From Paludibacter sp. (GTDB taxonomy: Bacteria; Bacteroidota; Bacteroidia; Bacteroidales; Paludibacteraceae), in assembly GCA_028692715.1 (NCBI GenBank), contig JAQUWU010000002.1, forward strand, positions 23,437 through 87,436: 64,000 nucleotides of DNA, given 5' to 3'. Of this stretch, positions 1 to 10,035 are shown piece after piece. The position numbers and the translations under genes were made by a program. How positions within the stretch are numbered: position 1 is the first letter of the stretch; each line of letters starts with the position of its first letter. The notes below the pieces were generated by a model. It made no database searches. It had not been told where the DNA came from and saw nothing but the letters and a program-made list of their open reading frames with translations.

Positions 1-522
1 TAAGTTAGCCATAGGACTGTCACCGGACGAAGTAATGTATTCCACCCACTTAGCCAGTTCTTCCACCGTCCCACTTCCTACATTGCCACTTAAATAGGGT
101 TCACAACCTAATATCTCACATAAATTGAAAAATTCATTTGTTCCAAAACTGTTATCTTCAACAACTCCACCCCAGTTATTATTAACCATTTTGGGACGTT
201 TATCTTTTGGCCCAATACCATCCATCCAATGATATTCATCTGCAAAACAACCTCCCGGCCAACGTAAAACCGGAATTTGCAATTTCTTCAATGCTTCAAG
301 CACATCGTTTCGGTAACCTTTCGTGTTTGGAATTGGAGAATTTTCACCAACCCATATTCCACCGTAAATACAAGTCCCAAGATGTTCGGCAAACTGACCA
401 TATATTTCTTTATTGATTACGTTTTTACCCTGTTCGGCATGAATAGTGATTTTTGAGGTTGTGGTTTGTGCTGCCAAAGTCATTGAACCAATAAACAGGA
501 TTGTAAAAAGTGCTTTCTTCAT
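1..522 (-). CDS. alpha-L-arabinofuranosidase, GH51 family (N-terminal part; gene runs off window start). Has signal peptide.
   Basis: Reverse-strand translation from ATG at 520-522 gives [19 protein letters not shown]...[34 protein letters not shown]...[21 protein letters not shown], the typical GH51 AbfA N-terminus. No stop before position 1. Confidence 0.8.
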   Translation of the reverse strand, partial: MKKALFTILFIGSMTLAAQTTTSKITIHAEQGKNVINKEIYGQFAEHLGTCIYGGIWVGENSPIPNTKGYRNDVLEALKKLQIPVLRWPGGCFADEYHWMDGIGPKDKRPKMVNNNWGGVVEDNSFGTNEFFNLCEILGCEPYLSGNVGSGTVEELAKWVEYITSSGDSPMANL

Positions 523-540
523 TTTTTTTTATAATTTGAC

Positions 541-602
541 CCTTAACCCCTAAGGGGAATAAGAGTTGTTCGTTTTATTCTATTGTTCCCCTTTAGGGGT
601 TG
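541..602. repeat. pair of inverted GC-clamp hairpins (AACCCCTAAGGGGAA ... TTCCCCTTTAGGGGTT) between abf and araD. Terminator-like or REP-like element.
   Basis: Two short palindromes with CCCC/GGGG stems and TAA/TTTA loops. Each is the reverse complement of the other. They sit in the 82-bp gap between two minus-strand genes. Confidence 0.5.
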
Positions 603-604
603 TC

Positions 605-1288
605 TTATTGTCCATAATATGCTCCCGGACCGTGTTTCCTATAAAAATGCTTTGTAATTAAATGCTTATTCATGGTTAAATTTGGATTTATACCATAAGC
701 TATATAGGCCATTTTACCTACTTGTTCCATAACTACTGCGTTATGAACTGCATCATGAGCATTTTTTCCCCACGAAAATGGACCGTGATTTTTCACCAAA
801 ACACCCGGAATGAAATCAGGATTTTTACCGTTGAAACAATCTACTATAACATTTCCTGTTTCAAGTTCGTATTCACCCTCCACTTCTGCCTGAGTCATAT
901 CGCGTGTACAGGGAATTGCATCGCTGAAATAATCGGCATGGGTTGTTCCAATGTTAGGAATATCGCATCCGGCTTGTGCCCATGCAGTGGCATAAGTTGA
1001 GTGGGTGTGAACTATGCCTCCAATATTGGGGAATGCTTTATAAATTATAAGATGAGTAGCTGTATCTGACGAAGGTTTTAATTTCCCTTCAATTATTTTT
1101 CCATCCAAATCTATAACTACCATATCTTCAGCTTTCATCTCATCGTATGATATACCCGAAGGTTTGATTACTACTAATCCTGATGCACGGTCGATAGCGC
1201 TTACATTTCCCCATGTAAATATAACCAATCCGTGTTTTACTAAATCGAGATTAGCCTGAAATACTTCTTTCTTTAAAGTTTCTAACAT
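605..1288 (-). CDS. araD: L-ribulose-5-phosphate 4-epimerase
   Basis: 227 aa. Class II aldolase/epimerase motifs ([12 protein letters not shown]...). Full-length similarity to the AraD family. Adjacent to an arabinofuranosidase. Confidence 0.9.
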   Translation of the reverse strand: MLETLKKEVFQANLDLVKHGLVIFTWGNVSAIDRASGLVVIKPSGISYDEMKAEDMVVIDLDGKIIEGKLKPSSDTATHLIIYKAFPNIGGIVHTHSTYATAWAQAGCDIPNIGTTHADYFSDAIPCTRDMTQAEVEGEYELETGNVIVDCFNGKNPDFIPGVLVKNHGPFSWGKNAHDAVHNAVVMEQVGKMAYIAYGINPNLTMNKHLITKHFYRKHGPGAYYGQ

Positions 1289-1428
1289 TTTTTTATTTAC
1301 TATTTTATCAGTTACTAATTTTTTTTTAATGCAAATAATCTGGTGTTTATTAATAAGCGTTATAATTACACTTAATCAATAAAAAAAATATACAGTTTAT
1401 TTAACCGCTAAGGAACTTTGGGGTTATT

Positions 1429-2121
1429 CTAGAGTGAGAAATGCATTCCCTGTTGAATTAGTTGATCGTATTTTTCTTTATTGAATTTATAATAAAACGC
1501 TCCTTTTTTGGAAGAACCTTTGTCTTTTTCGTCCAGTTTTTCCAAAATATCCATGGTCATTAATTTTTTTCTGAAATTTCGTTTATCTATTGCTTCCTGA
1601 TAAATAGATTCGTACAGACTTTGTAATGTGGGTAAAGTAAATTGCTCACCTAACAAATTAAATCCGATGGGTTTAACAGCAGCTTTACGTTGAAGGATAT
1701 TAATAGTATCCTTTACCATTTTATTATGGTCGAAAACTAATTCCGGTAACTGAGTCAGTCTGACCCATCTTGCATCGTATTTTTCAGCTAATGTAGTGTC
1801 AAACAATTCAATATCAACCAGCGCAAAATAAGCAATAGAAATTACACGCTCTCCAAGATCACGATTAATTTCGCCATAAGCACCTATCTGTTCCATGAAA
1901 ATATCCTCAATTCCTGTGAATTCTCCCAACACTCTGGCGGCAGCTTCATTTATACTTTCCACTGAGTTGACAAAACCTCCCATTAATGACCAACCACCTT
2001 TCAGTGGTTCAAAAGGTCTACGGGCAATCAGAATATTCAATTCGTTCTCCCTGAATCCCATGATGATACAATCAACAGCAATCAGAAACGAATCTTTATT
2101 TTGATAAAAGGCAGAAGTCAT
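1429..2121 (-). CDS. NUDIX-hydrolase-family transcriptional regulator (NrtR/AraR-like). N-terminal Nudix fold plus C-terminal winged-helix domain.
   Basis: 230 aa. Nudix box-like GGWSLMGGFVNSVESINEAAARVLGEFTGI. Sits inside the arabinose cluster, as does the Nudix-type AraR of Bacteroides. Confidence 0.7.
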   Translation of the reverse strand: MTSAFYQNKDSFLIAVDCIIMGFRENELNILIARRPFEPLKGGWSLMGGFVNSVESINEAAARVLGEFTGIEDIFMEQIGAYGEINRDLGERVISIAYFALVDIELFDTTLAEKYDARWVRLTQLPELVFDHNKMVKDTINILQRKAAVKPIGFNLLGEQFTLPTLQSLYESIYQEAIDKRNFRKKLMTMDILEKLDEKDKGSSKKGAFYYKFNKEKYDQLIQQGMHFSL

Positions 2122-2360
2122 TGATTTTATCGTTCTAATTATAAAATTTTATTGATTGTGTAAGATTAACTAAATCAGCAATTTAAATGATATTATATTT
2201 GCCTGTAAAATGTTCTTTATAACAAGTGTAAAGAAAACACTTGTTTTTTGAAATTCAAACCTAAAAAACATGTTATACAACATTTTTTGATAAAAAAACT
2301 TCCAATCATTATGACCGGAAGTTTTAAAATAAAATAGAAATAGAAATTCAGAACCGGTCA

Positions 2361-4172
2361 CTACTTATATTGTTCTTTTAACTCCTCGTACCATTTTTTC
2401 ATAACGAAAAATGCTTTTTTCTTTTCTCCTTTATCTGATATCAACCCTTTACGATTAAAATCGTCCTGAATATCACGAAGTTGTCGACGAGGAGAAAGAA
2501 AATCTTTCAGAATCCAGGGTGTAGTTCCGGCAAGACCTGGCATTCGTTTCAGCATATTTATGTTGTGAACATATAGATCTTCTTGAAATTCTTCGGTAAA
2601 ACGTTCGGTTTTATCACCATGGAAGCCATAAAGTGCTCCACCTCCGAATTCGCTGACAATAACTGGTTTATCTGCCGAAAATGTCCAGTTTACACGATCG
2701 CATTTTTCGGGTAAGCCATCGTACCAACCAACATACTGATTGAAACTCATTACATCCATAACTTTGACTAACTCATCTTTTACGGTCATAAGTCCCGGTT
2801 TTACTTCATCCTTTTCCATGGCAGCGCCCACCAATCTTACCGGGTCAAGTTCACGGGTTTTGTTTGCTAGTCGTGTAAGAAAATTTAATCGGGCATCACT
2901 ATGTGGCGTTTCGTTTGCAATGGACCAGATAATGATATTACAACGGTTTTTATCACGTGTAATCATATCGGTCAATTGATTTTCTGCATTTTTGTAGGTT
3001 TCTGGGTTTTCCCATTGTATTGTCCAGTAAACCGGAATTTCAGACCAAACCATTAAACCCATGCGCTCTGCTTGACGCACCATTTGTTCGTTGTGAGGAT
3101 AATGTGCTAACCGAACAAAATTACAACCCATATCTTTTGCCCATTGTAATAAGGTAATATCTTCTTCTTTTGAGAAAACTCGTCCCTGACGGAAGGCGGC
3201 TTCTTCATGAATGCTGATTCCGCGGCAAAAAATAGGTTTCTCGTTTAACAATATTTGAGTTCCCTTTGTTTCAATGGTTCTCAATCCTATTTCATCATTA
3301 AGAATGTCATTGTCAAGAGCGATATTGAGCTTGTATAATTTTGGATTTTCAGGTGTCCAGTAAGTTGGTTTTACTTTACATTCAAAAGCAGCATATCCTT
3401 TTTCGTCAGTTGTAAGGGTTTGATTTATTTTTAATTCAGGGATGTTGATTTTTACGGTTTTATTTAATTGTTTCCCATCTAACTGAACCCATCCAGAAAG
3501 AGTGTTTTTTTCTCCCTTTTTAAGTTGCACGTAATAATCACGTACAAAGGTTACTGGTGTCTCAATTAAGGTTACCTGACGGGTAATTCCACCATAATTC
3601 CACCAATCAAAATTAACCGTTGGTACTGCATCAAAAGCTCTTTTGTTATCTACTTTTACAACCAATGAATTTTCACCGCTTTTGAGCAGGTTTGTTACTT
3701 CAAAATTGAATGGAGTAAAACCACCTATATGTTTTCCGATTTCTTTTCCATTTACAAAAACGATAGCTTCATAATTTACAGCTCCAAAACGAAGAAAAAC
3801 TCTTTTATCTTCTTTCGATTTGTACAGAAACCGATTTCGATACCATACTGTACCTTCATAATAATAAAGTTCTGGGCGTTGAGTGTTCCAGTCACCCGGC
3901 ACCATTAATGTTTTATCGGTAGAGAAGTTATATTCTTGTAACGCACTTTTATTAGTATTTACTTTGTCTTCTCCATACCCATTTTTCATAGGATTACGGC
4001 GATAATCGTAATAGCCGTTTTCAAATGGATCTATTATAGTTCGCCAAAGTCCATCTAACGAAATAACTTCGCGTGATTCAGCATTAATAATTTGTGGAGT
4101 GGTTTGTGCAGAAAAAAAAACCGGACTTGAAATTGCTAAAAACAAAAGAATGTGTTTTAAAAATCTTTGCAT
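2361..4172 (-). CDS. glycoside hydrolase family 2 protein (beta-galactosidase/beta-glucuronidase-like), secreted
   Basis: 603 aa. N-terminal signal peptide. GH2 sugar-binding and TIM-barrel signatures (WSIANE..., NETPH acid/base region). Confidence 0.8.
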   Translation of the reverse strand: MQRFLKHILLFLAISSPVFFSAQTTPQIINAESREVISLDGLWRTIIDPFENGYYDYRRNPMKNGYGEDKVNTNKSALQEYNFSTDKTLMVPGDWNTQRPELYYYEGTVWYRNRFLYKSKEDKRVFLRFGAVNYEAIVFVNGKEIGKHIGGFTPFNFEVTNLLKSGENSLVVKVDNKRAFDAVPTVNFDWWNYGGITRQVTLIETPVTFVRDYYVQLKKGEKNTLSGWVQLDGKQLNKTVKINIPELKINQTLTTDEKGYAAFECKVKPTYWTPENPKLYKLNIALDNDILNDEIGLRTIETKGTQILLNEKPIFCRGISIHEEAAFRQGRVFSKEEDITLLQWAKDMGCNFVRLAHYPHNEQMVRQAERMGLMVWSEIPVYWTIQWENPETYKNAENQLTDMITRDKNRCNIIIWSIANETPHSDARLNFLTRLANKTRELDPVRLVGAAMEKDEVKPGLMTVKDELVKVMDVMSFNQYVGWYDGLPEKCDRVNWTFSADKPVIVSEFGGGALYGFHGDKTERFTEEFQEDLYVHNINMLKRMPGLAGTTPWILKDFLSPRRQLRDIQDDFNRKGLISDKGEKKKAFFVMKKWYEELKEQYK

Positions 4173-4607
4173 GATGAAGTATTAAATGAGATGTGTTGAA
4201 AATTTGAATAAACAAGTTGTTGACAAAGTTACTAAATATGAAGTGGATAAGCAATATAGGGAAAATATATTCGAGTTCAATGAATATATGACAATATAGA
4301 AAATATAAGTTTAAATAATAGATATTCAATGCAATACAATTCTTAATGCCTTGAAGAAAGATGGTTTCGACTCAAAATGTGACAATCTTTAGTCCTTATT
4401 TGAACTAATTTTTACCTACTGTTATTCCTCACTAACTAGTTGCAAATAATGAGTTACAATTATGTATAAGCTCAAAATTGTTGTATTCTCCTAGAATAAC
4501 TTTCAACTGTTTAAATAAACCTTGAATATATTTTCCTGTCACACATTCTTCATACCAATAACACATAAGCATAACCTTCCGGTAACTTATTTGTAATATC
4601 CGACCTC

Positions 4608-4615
4608 TACTTTTG
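4608..4615 (+). promoter_or_regulatory. Bacteroides-type -7 promoter box TACTTTTG upstream of the TonB-dependent receptor
   Basis: Matches the TAnnTTTG consensus of the Bacteroidetes sigma-A -7 element, about 40 nt upstream of the ATG. Confidence 0.4.
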
Positions 4616-4653
4616 CATCGAGTTATTTAGTAAAGAACGAACTAATTTTTTTG

Positions 4654-7395
4654 ATGAAAAGACTTTCGACATTAGTACATAAGAAAATTGCTTTAACGAA
4701 ATCTGTATTTTCTTTGATTTTTATTTTATCTGCCACTTTTGTTTTTGCACAAAATGGTACAATAAAAGGTAAGATTTCAGATGCAAACAACAAAGAACCA
4801 CTTATTGGTGCAGCAGCCCTGATCAAAGGAACTTCGATAGGCAGTGCTTCCGATTTTGATGGGAATTATAGTATAACCAATTTAAGACCCGGAAAATATA
4901 CTATCACCAGCAGTTATATTTCATACAAACCCATTGCAAAAGAAAATATAATTGTAGAAGCCGGAAAAGAAACAATCGTTGATCTGGAATTGGAATCGGC
5001 TAATATAAATCTGAAAGAAGTAGAGTTGGTAGCAAAATTCAACAGAGAAAGTGAAAACATCCTACTTATGGAGCAGAAGCAATCTCTGCTAGCTACACAA
5101 GCCGTTGGAGCAAAAGAAATGTCGCGCAAAGGAATTAGTAATGCCGAAGCTGCTGTGGCACAAGTTTCAGGTGTATCTAAACAAGATGGCGTTAAAAACG
5201 TATTCGTACGTGGACTTGGTGATCGTTATAATTTCACAACCCTCAATGGTTTTCCAATTCCTTCGGAAGACCCTGAATATAAGAATATTTCATTAGATTT
5301 TTTTTGCTCAGATATAATTCAAAATATTGGTGTAAGTAAAGTGTTCTCCGCAAATAATTATAATGATGCTGGTGGAGCTGTTATCAACATTACATCAAAA
5401 GAACTAGTTGGTGATAAAGATTTAAGTATTGATATTTCCGGGGGATATAACACACAGGGATTGGGGGCGGAGTTCTTAAAGATGGATGGAGTTAATTATT
5501 GGGGGATATCAAAAAATGTAGTTCCCGATAATTATAAAACTGAATATAGCTATGGGAATAGCATGAACCCTTTAAAAACGGATATGCCAATGAATTATAG
5601 TTATGGTTTTTCTGGTGGAAAAAGTTATAAAATTGGTAAAAACAATAGTCCCCTATCATTCTATCTAGTTGGATCGTATAGTTCTGGAGCTTCATTTACT
5701 TCAGAAAAAAGTACAGATGCTACTACTAGTGGAACAGAATATGATATTAAAAATGGCGAAAAATCATCAGAAAGTATCAACCAATTATTATTAGGAAATT
5801 TGAGCTATTTAATCAACAATAAACATCAACTGGATTATAACTTTATGCTTATACATGACAACAGTCAATATGTAGGAGAATATTATATTACAAACTCAAG
5901 TGATTTTAATAACGATTCAGGTAGTGGATTTATGCTAAGGCAACAGTCAAATGATAATTTGCTGTTGATTAATCAGCTAAATTCGAATATAAAATTAAAT
6001 GGAAAAAATATATTGGATATAGGTTTATCTTACAATAAAGTTATTGGTACAGAGCCTGACCGCCGGAGCGACGTGTTGTTTTTGAACACAAATAATAATT
6101 ATCTTCTATATCCAAGTGAAGATGCGCATATTAGAAACTTCTCTCAATTAATTGAAAACGATTTTAATGCTAAAGCTTCATATACTCACGATTTGCCTAA
6201 AAAATTCAAAACAGATAATTCAGAATTTAGCCTAGGTATAGTTAGTCGTTACTTAACAGATAATTTTGACGCAACACAGTATTTTTTCAATGTGTCAGGG
6301 TTTTCTGAAACTACAACCATAGAAAATCTAAATTTAGATAATTGGCTTAACCAAAGTAATTTAACTAGTGGATTAATTGTCCCTGGAGCCCGCATCAGTT
6401 CTTATGAAGTTGTAAAAGCCGTTAATAAAGGGTATGCAAGTTTAAATTATCAGTTTTCAAAGGACTTTTCGGGTAATTTAGGATTGAGTGCTGAACAGGT
6501 TTACCTTTATATCAATTATAATATTAAAGGTGGAGGTGAAGCAAAAGATGACAATACATTAAACCCTTTTTATCTGCTTCCGAATTTAAATTTCAAATAT
6601 AATTTAAATGACAAAAATACTTTACGTTTAAGTGCAAGTAAAACATATACACTGCCACAGTCAAAAGAGATTTCACCATATCAGTATCTTGGTCTGTCTT
6701 TCAAAAGTCAGGGTAATCCGGACTTGTTACCTTCAGACAATTACAATCTAGATTTAAAGTGGGATTATTACATGAGTCCATCTGAATTAATATCACTTAC
6801 TGGTTTTTATAAATACATAAAAAATCCAATTGCCAGAATATATAAATTTAATGCTGCAGGTTATTTCACCTACGATAACATTAGCAATTCTGCAACAGCT
6901 ACTGGTCTTGAGTTTGAAGCACGTAAGAATATCATCAATTATTTAAATAACAGCACAAAGAAATCTACTAAGTTATCAGCAGGTTTAAATGCATCATATA
7001 TTTATACAAACACTAAAGTAGATATTAATAATGGCAGAGATTCTGGGCTTGAAGGTGCAGCTCCCTACATTGTGAATTTAGATATGACATTCGATTATTC
7101 CTACAAACACACCTCATTCGTAAACTCATTTGTATTCAACTATTCAAGTGATAGAATTTACTCCATTGGTGTTGGCGATTTTCAAAATACAATCGAAACA
7201 GGAATTCCTACTTTGAACTTTATATCAGAATACAAATCCAGTAATCATTTAAGCTTTAAACTTAAAGCAAAAAATATATTGAATCCTACTTATACACTTT
7301 CAAGAAATATTATAAACACTGAACGTTACATCACACTGGAATCTTATAAAAAAGGTATCGATGTAAGTTTAGGTATTAGTTATAACTTTTATTAA
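4654..7395 (+). CDS. TonB-dependent outer-membrane receptor with N-terminal carboxypeptidase-regulatory-like domain
   Basis: About 913 aa. Signal peptide, a CarbopepD_reg motif (NGTIKGKISDANNKEPLIGAAALIKGTSIGSASDFDGNYSI), a plug domain, a long beta-barrel and a terminal aromatic (NFY). Confidence 0.85.
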   Translation: MKRLSTLVHKKIALTKSVFSLIFILSATFVFAQNGTIKGKISDANNKEPLIGAAALIKGTSIGSASDFDGNYSITNLRPGKYTITSSYISYKPIAKENIIVEAGKETIVDLELESANINLKEVELVAKFNRESENILLMEQKQSLLATQAVGAKEMSRKGISNAEAAVAQVSGVSKQDGVKNVFVRGLGDRYNFTTLNGFPIPSEDPEYKNISLDFFCSDIIQNIGVSKVFSANNYNDAGGAVINITSKELVGDKDLSIDISGGYNTQGLGAEFLKMDGVNYWGISKNVVPDNYKTEYSYGNSMNPLKTDMPMNYSYGFSGGKSYKIGKNNSPLSFYLVGSYSSGASFTSEKSTDATTSGTEYDIKNGEKSSESINQLLLGNLSYLINNKHQLDYNFMLIHDNSQYVGEYYITNSSDFNNDSGSGFMLRQQSNDNLLLINQLNSNIKLNGKNILDIGLSYNKVIGTEPDRRSDVLFLNTNNNYLLYPSEDAHIRNFSQLIENDFNAKASYTHDLPKKFKTDNSEFSLGIVSRYLTDNFDATQYFFNVSGFSETTTIENLNLDNWLNQSNLTSGLIVPGARISSYEVVKAVNKGYASLNYQFSKDFSGNLGLSAEQVYLYINYNIKGGGEAKDDNTLNPFYLLPNLNFKYNLNDKNTLRLSASKTYTLPQSKEISPYQYLGLSFKSQGNPDLLPSDNYNLDLKWDYYMSPSELISLTGFYKYIKNPIARIYKFNAAGYFTYDNISNSATATGLEFEARKNIINYLNNSTKKSTKLSAGLNASYIYTNTKVDINNGRDSGLEGAAPYIVNLDMTFDYSYKHTSFVNSFVFNYSSDRIYSIGVGDFQNTIETGIPTLNFISEYKSSNHLSFKLKAKNILNPTYTLSRNIINTERYITLESYKKGIDVSLGISYNFY

Positions 7396-7420
7396 AACAA
7401 ATCAATTAAATTTTAAAAAA

Positions 7421-8614
7421 ATGAGAAAACAATTATTTAACATTATTGCAGCTACTGCAGTGGTATTTTCAATGACATTTACTTCTTGTACAACTACAGA
7501 AGAAGTAAAAACAGGAGTCGATGTTCTTATTGAAGAAGGTGTTTTATATGGTGAACTTGACCATGAAGCTACTTTAGATGCTTCAGTAACTTACAATCTT
7601 ACAGGTACATTTATAGTAGAAGATGGTGCAGTTTTAAACATTCCTGCTGGTACAAGAATTGAGGCTTCTGAAGGTTTTGGTTCGTATATTATCGTTGCTC
7701 AGGGCGGTAAAATAAACGTAAATGGAACTTCCGCAAACCCAGTAATAATGACAGCTAAAAACGAAGATGAGGCTAGTTCAGGCTATTGGGGAGGTTTAAT
7801 TATTAATGGAAAAGCTAAGATTTCTGGTACTTCTGGAACAACAGCAACTTCATCGTGCGAGATGAATGCCGATTTCATTTATGGAGGCTCTGATGATGCA
7901 GATAATTCTGGGTCAATCACTTACTTAATGATTAAATATGCAGGTGCACGTTCAAGTGCTGAGGTTGAGCATAATGGTTTAACTTTGGATGCAGTTGGTA
8001 GTGGTACAACCATTGAAAACGTATTCATTCTTGAAAGTGCTGACGATGGTGTTGAATTTTTTGGTGGAACAGTAAATATAAAAAACTTCTTAGTAGTAAA
8101 CTCAGATGATGACTGTTTTGACAACACACAAGGTTACCGTGGTAGCTGGACAAATATGTACGGAATTTGGGAAAATGGATATACAAGTAGCGAATCTGAT
8201 CCACGTGGTATCGAATCAGATGGTAATTTGGATGGTATAAATTCAACAGATGAAAATCAAACTGATTTTACTGTAACTAACCTTACGATATCTCTTCAAC
8301 TAGATTCGGTAAATACTACAACTAATCAAGCAAAATTCATGCAAGATGTTTTAAAAATCCGTCGTGGTGCAAAAGCTACTATAACAAATGCACTTGTAAC
8401 CGGAATCGGTTCTGCACAAGATTTAGTTGATTGTACTGATAGTAAGGGAGATGCAGCTGCCGGTACAGTTATAAGTCTAACAAATTCATTAACTTACCCA
8501 TTCTTAGGCTCTGAATCAAAATCAGGTGCTAATGCTGCTTCAATTACCGTTGCTGCAGGTAATACAGGTTGTTCTTCAAGTCTTTTTGCTTGGACAGGTT
8601 ATACAGGATTTTAA
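7421..8614 (+). CDS. hypothetical lipoprotein (G/S/T/D-rich, possible beta-helix), co-transcribed with the TonB receptor
   Basis: 397 aa. Lipobox FTSC after the signal peptide. 25-nt gap after the receptor gene. No recognisable SusD/TPR features. Confidence 0.6.
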   Translation: MRKQLFNIIAATAVVFSMTFTSCTTTEEVKTGVDVLIEEGVLYGELDHEATLDASVTYNLTGTFIVEDGAVLNIPAGTRIEASEGFGSYIIVAQGGKINVNGTSANPVIMTAKNEDEASSGYWGGLIINGKAKISGTSGTTATSSCEMNADFIYGGSDDADNSGSITYLMIKYAGARSSAEVEHNGLTLDAVGSGTTIENVFILESADDGVEFFGGTVNIKNFLVVNSDDDCFDNTQGYRGSWTNMYGIWENGYTSSESDPRGIESDGNLDGINSTDENQTDFTVTNLTISLQLDSVNTTTNQAKFMQDVLKIRRGAKATITNALVTGIGSAQDLVDCTDSKGDAAAGTVISLTNSLTYPFLGSESKSGANAASITVAAGNTGCSSSLFAWTGYTGF

Positions 8615-8654
8615 TGTCATAATTCTGTTAATATAAAACAAACACTTATTTTTG

Positions 8655-8690
8655 AAAGGCATTTCAGCTTACTGAGATGCCTTTCATTTT
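8655..8690 (+). terminator. rho-independent terminator after the lipoprotein gene
   Basis: Hairpin AAGGCATTTCAG...CTGAGATGCCTT followed by TTTCATTTT. Confidence 0.5.
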
Positions 8691-8878
8691 GAAAATCTCA
8701 TCAAAAACTTATGGCAGATTTGATAATATCTTAAAATTATTATCATTTGTAACACATATTAAATCTTTATCTATAGGGGTTCAACTGGCATTAAAGTTGC
8801 TTCTATGTTTGTATCTTTGTTTTTATGAGATATTTCAAGTATATTTTACTTTTGTTTTACGTTCTAATATATTTAAAA

Positions 8879-9355
8879 ATGAAAAATATTTTATTACCTA
8901 TTTTGCTGGTTGTGCTAACTGCTACTGCATTGGCTCAAAATCACACACCCGGTATTGTTGAAAGCAACGGATTGTATTTTACAGACGCTTCTCAATCAAA
9001 ATTCTATACCGGCGAATACAAGGAGTTTTACCCATCAGGTGAACTAAAAGTGGAAATGAACCTGAAAGATGGAAAACCCGAAGGATCTTATATTGTATAC
9101 TTTGCCAATGGGAAACCAAACGAAGTACGAGCCTACAGAAATGGTCAATTCCATGGTGTATGGAGGACTTATAATGAAGCAGGCATGCTAATTTCGGAAG
9201 CAGAATATCGTAACGATAAAAAAACAGGCACCTGGCACGTTTGGGACGATTCTGGGATTATGCGTTACGAAATGCAATACGACAACGGGAAGAAAACCGG
9301 AATCTGGTATATGTGGGATGAAAAAGGAAAATTGATTTCTGAAAAGAAATATTAA
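8879..9355 (+). CDS. MORN-repeat protein (YwqK-like, annotated in databases as toxin-antitoxin YwqK-family antitoxin), secreted
   Basis: Signal peptide MKNILLPILLVVLTATALAQ. Then repeated G.Y..Y..G motifs (GEYKEFYPSGELK, GSYIVYFANGKP, GVWRTYNEAGML, GTWHVWDDSGIM, GIWYMWDEKGKL). Confidence 0.6.
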   Translation: MKNILLPILLVVLTATALAQNHTPGIVESNGLYFTDASQSKFYTGEYKEFYPSGELKVEMNLKDGKPEGSYIVYFANGKPNEVRAYRNGQFHGVWRTYNEAGMLISEAEYRNDKKTGTWHVWDDSGIMRYEMQYDNGKKTGIWYMWDEKGKLISEKKY

Positions 9356-9485
9356 TTCCGTCTAATCTTTCAGAAAAATTAAAAATTCATATCACTGTAT
9401 ATTGTTTGTAACGAGCTTGTAACATTTATATAGTTATTTTGCACTGTAATTAAAACACAAAACAAACAATTAAAAATATACAGTT

Positions 9486-9830
9486 ATGAAAAAGTTTTTA
9501 TCATTAACCATTGTAACATTACTTTTCGTTGCATTTCAACTTTCAGCTGAACCAAAACCCGCTCCTGTAGCGTCAACCAATGTAGAAATACAAAACAATT
9601 CTGTAAAAGGATTAATTTTGGATAAACTTACAAAAGAAACACTTGCTGGAGCTGTTATTACTGCTAACGGACAAAAAGTGTATTCCGATTTAGATGGCAA
9701 TTTCTCCCTTTCAAATTTATGTGATGGTAAATGTCAGTTAAAAGTAAGTATGATTTCGTATCAGGATCAAATGATTGAAATTGACACTAACAATCAAAAT
9801 AAACTTGAAATAAGACTTCAACAAAGGTGA
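9486..9830 (+). CDS. small secreted protein with carboxypeptidase-regulatory-like (CarbopepD_reg_2) domain
   Basis: 114 aa. Signal peptide. VKGLILDKLTKETLAGAVITANGQKVYSDLDGNFSLSNL matches a CarbopepD-like beta-sandwich. Confidence 0.5.
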   Translation: MKKFLSLTIVTLLFVAFQLSAEPKPAPVASTNVEIQNNSVKGLILDKLTKETLAGAVITANGQKVYSDLDGNFSLSNLCDGKCQLKVSMISYQDQMIEIDTNNQNKLEIRLQQR

Positions 9831-9858
9831 AACTTTAAAGTATAAAAATGAACTTATA

Positions 9859-9893
9859 AAAAAGCAAGTCAGATAAATGATTTGCTTTTTTTG
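9859..9893 (+). terminator. rho-independent terminator
   Basis: AAAAAAGCAAGTCAGATAAATGATTTGCTTTTTTT. Confidence 0.5.
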
Positions 9894-10035
9894 TGTAAAT
9901 AATAATAGGATTGTAATACCAATAAAATGATTTTGTAATCTGTTTTTTGTTATTTTGTTTAGTTATTTTATTGTTAATATTGTATGCGAAATTTTTTAAA
10001 TGTTATCTCTAATCGTTAGAAATTGATTTTAGCTT

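Noticed and set aside
207-416. 69-aa plus-strand ORF
   Set aside because: Lies antisense inside the clearly conserved GH51 arabinofuranosidase reading frame. No features of a real gene.
722-1000. 92-aa plus-strand ORF inside araD
   Set aside because: Antisense to a highly conserved AraD frame. Low-complexity translation.
8677-8961. 94-aa ORF overlapping the 5' end of the MORN-protein gene
   Set aside because: Hydrophobic, low-complexity translation. Overlaps the terminator of the upstream gene. The downstream ATG at 8879 with a clean signal peptide is the better start for the real gene.
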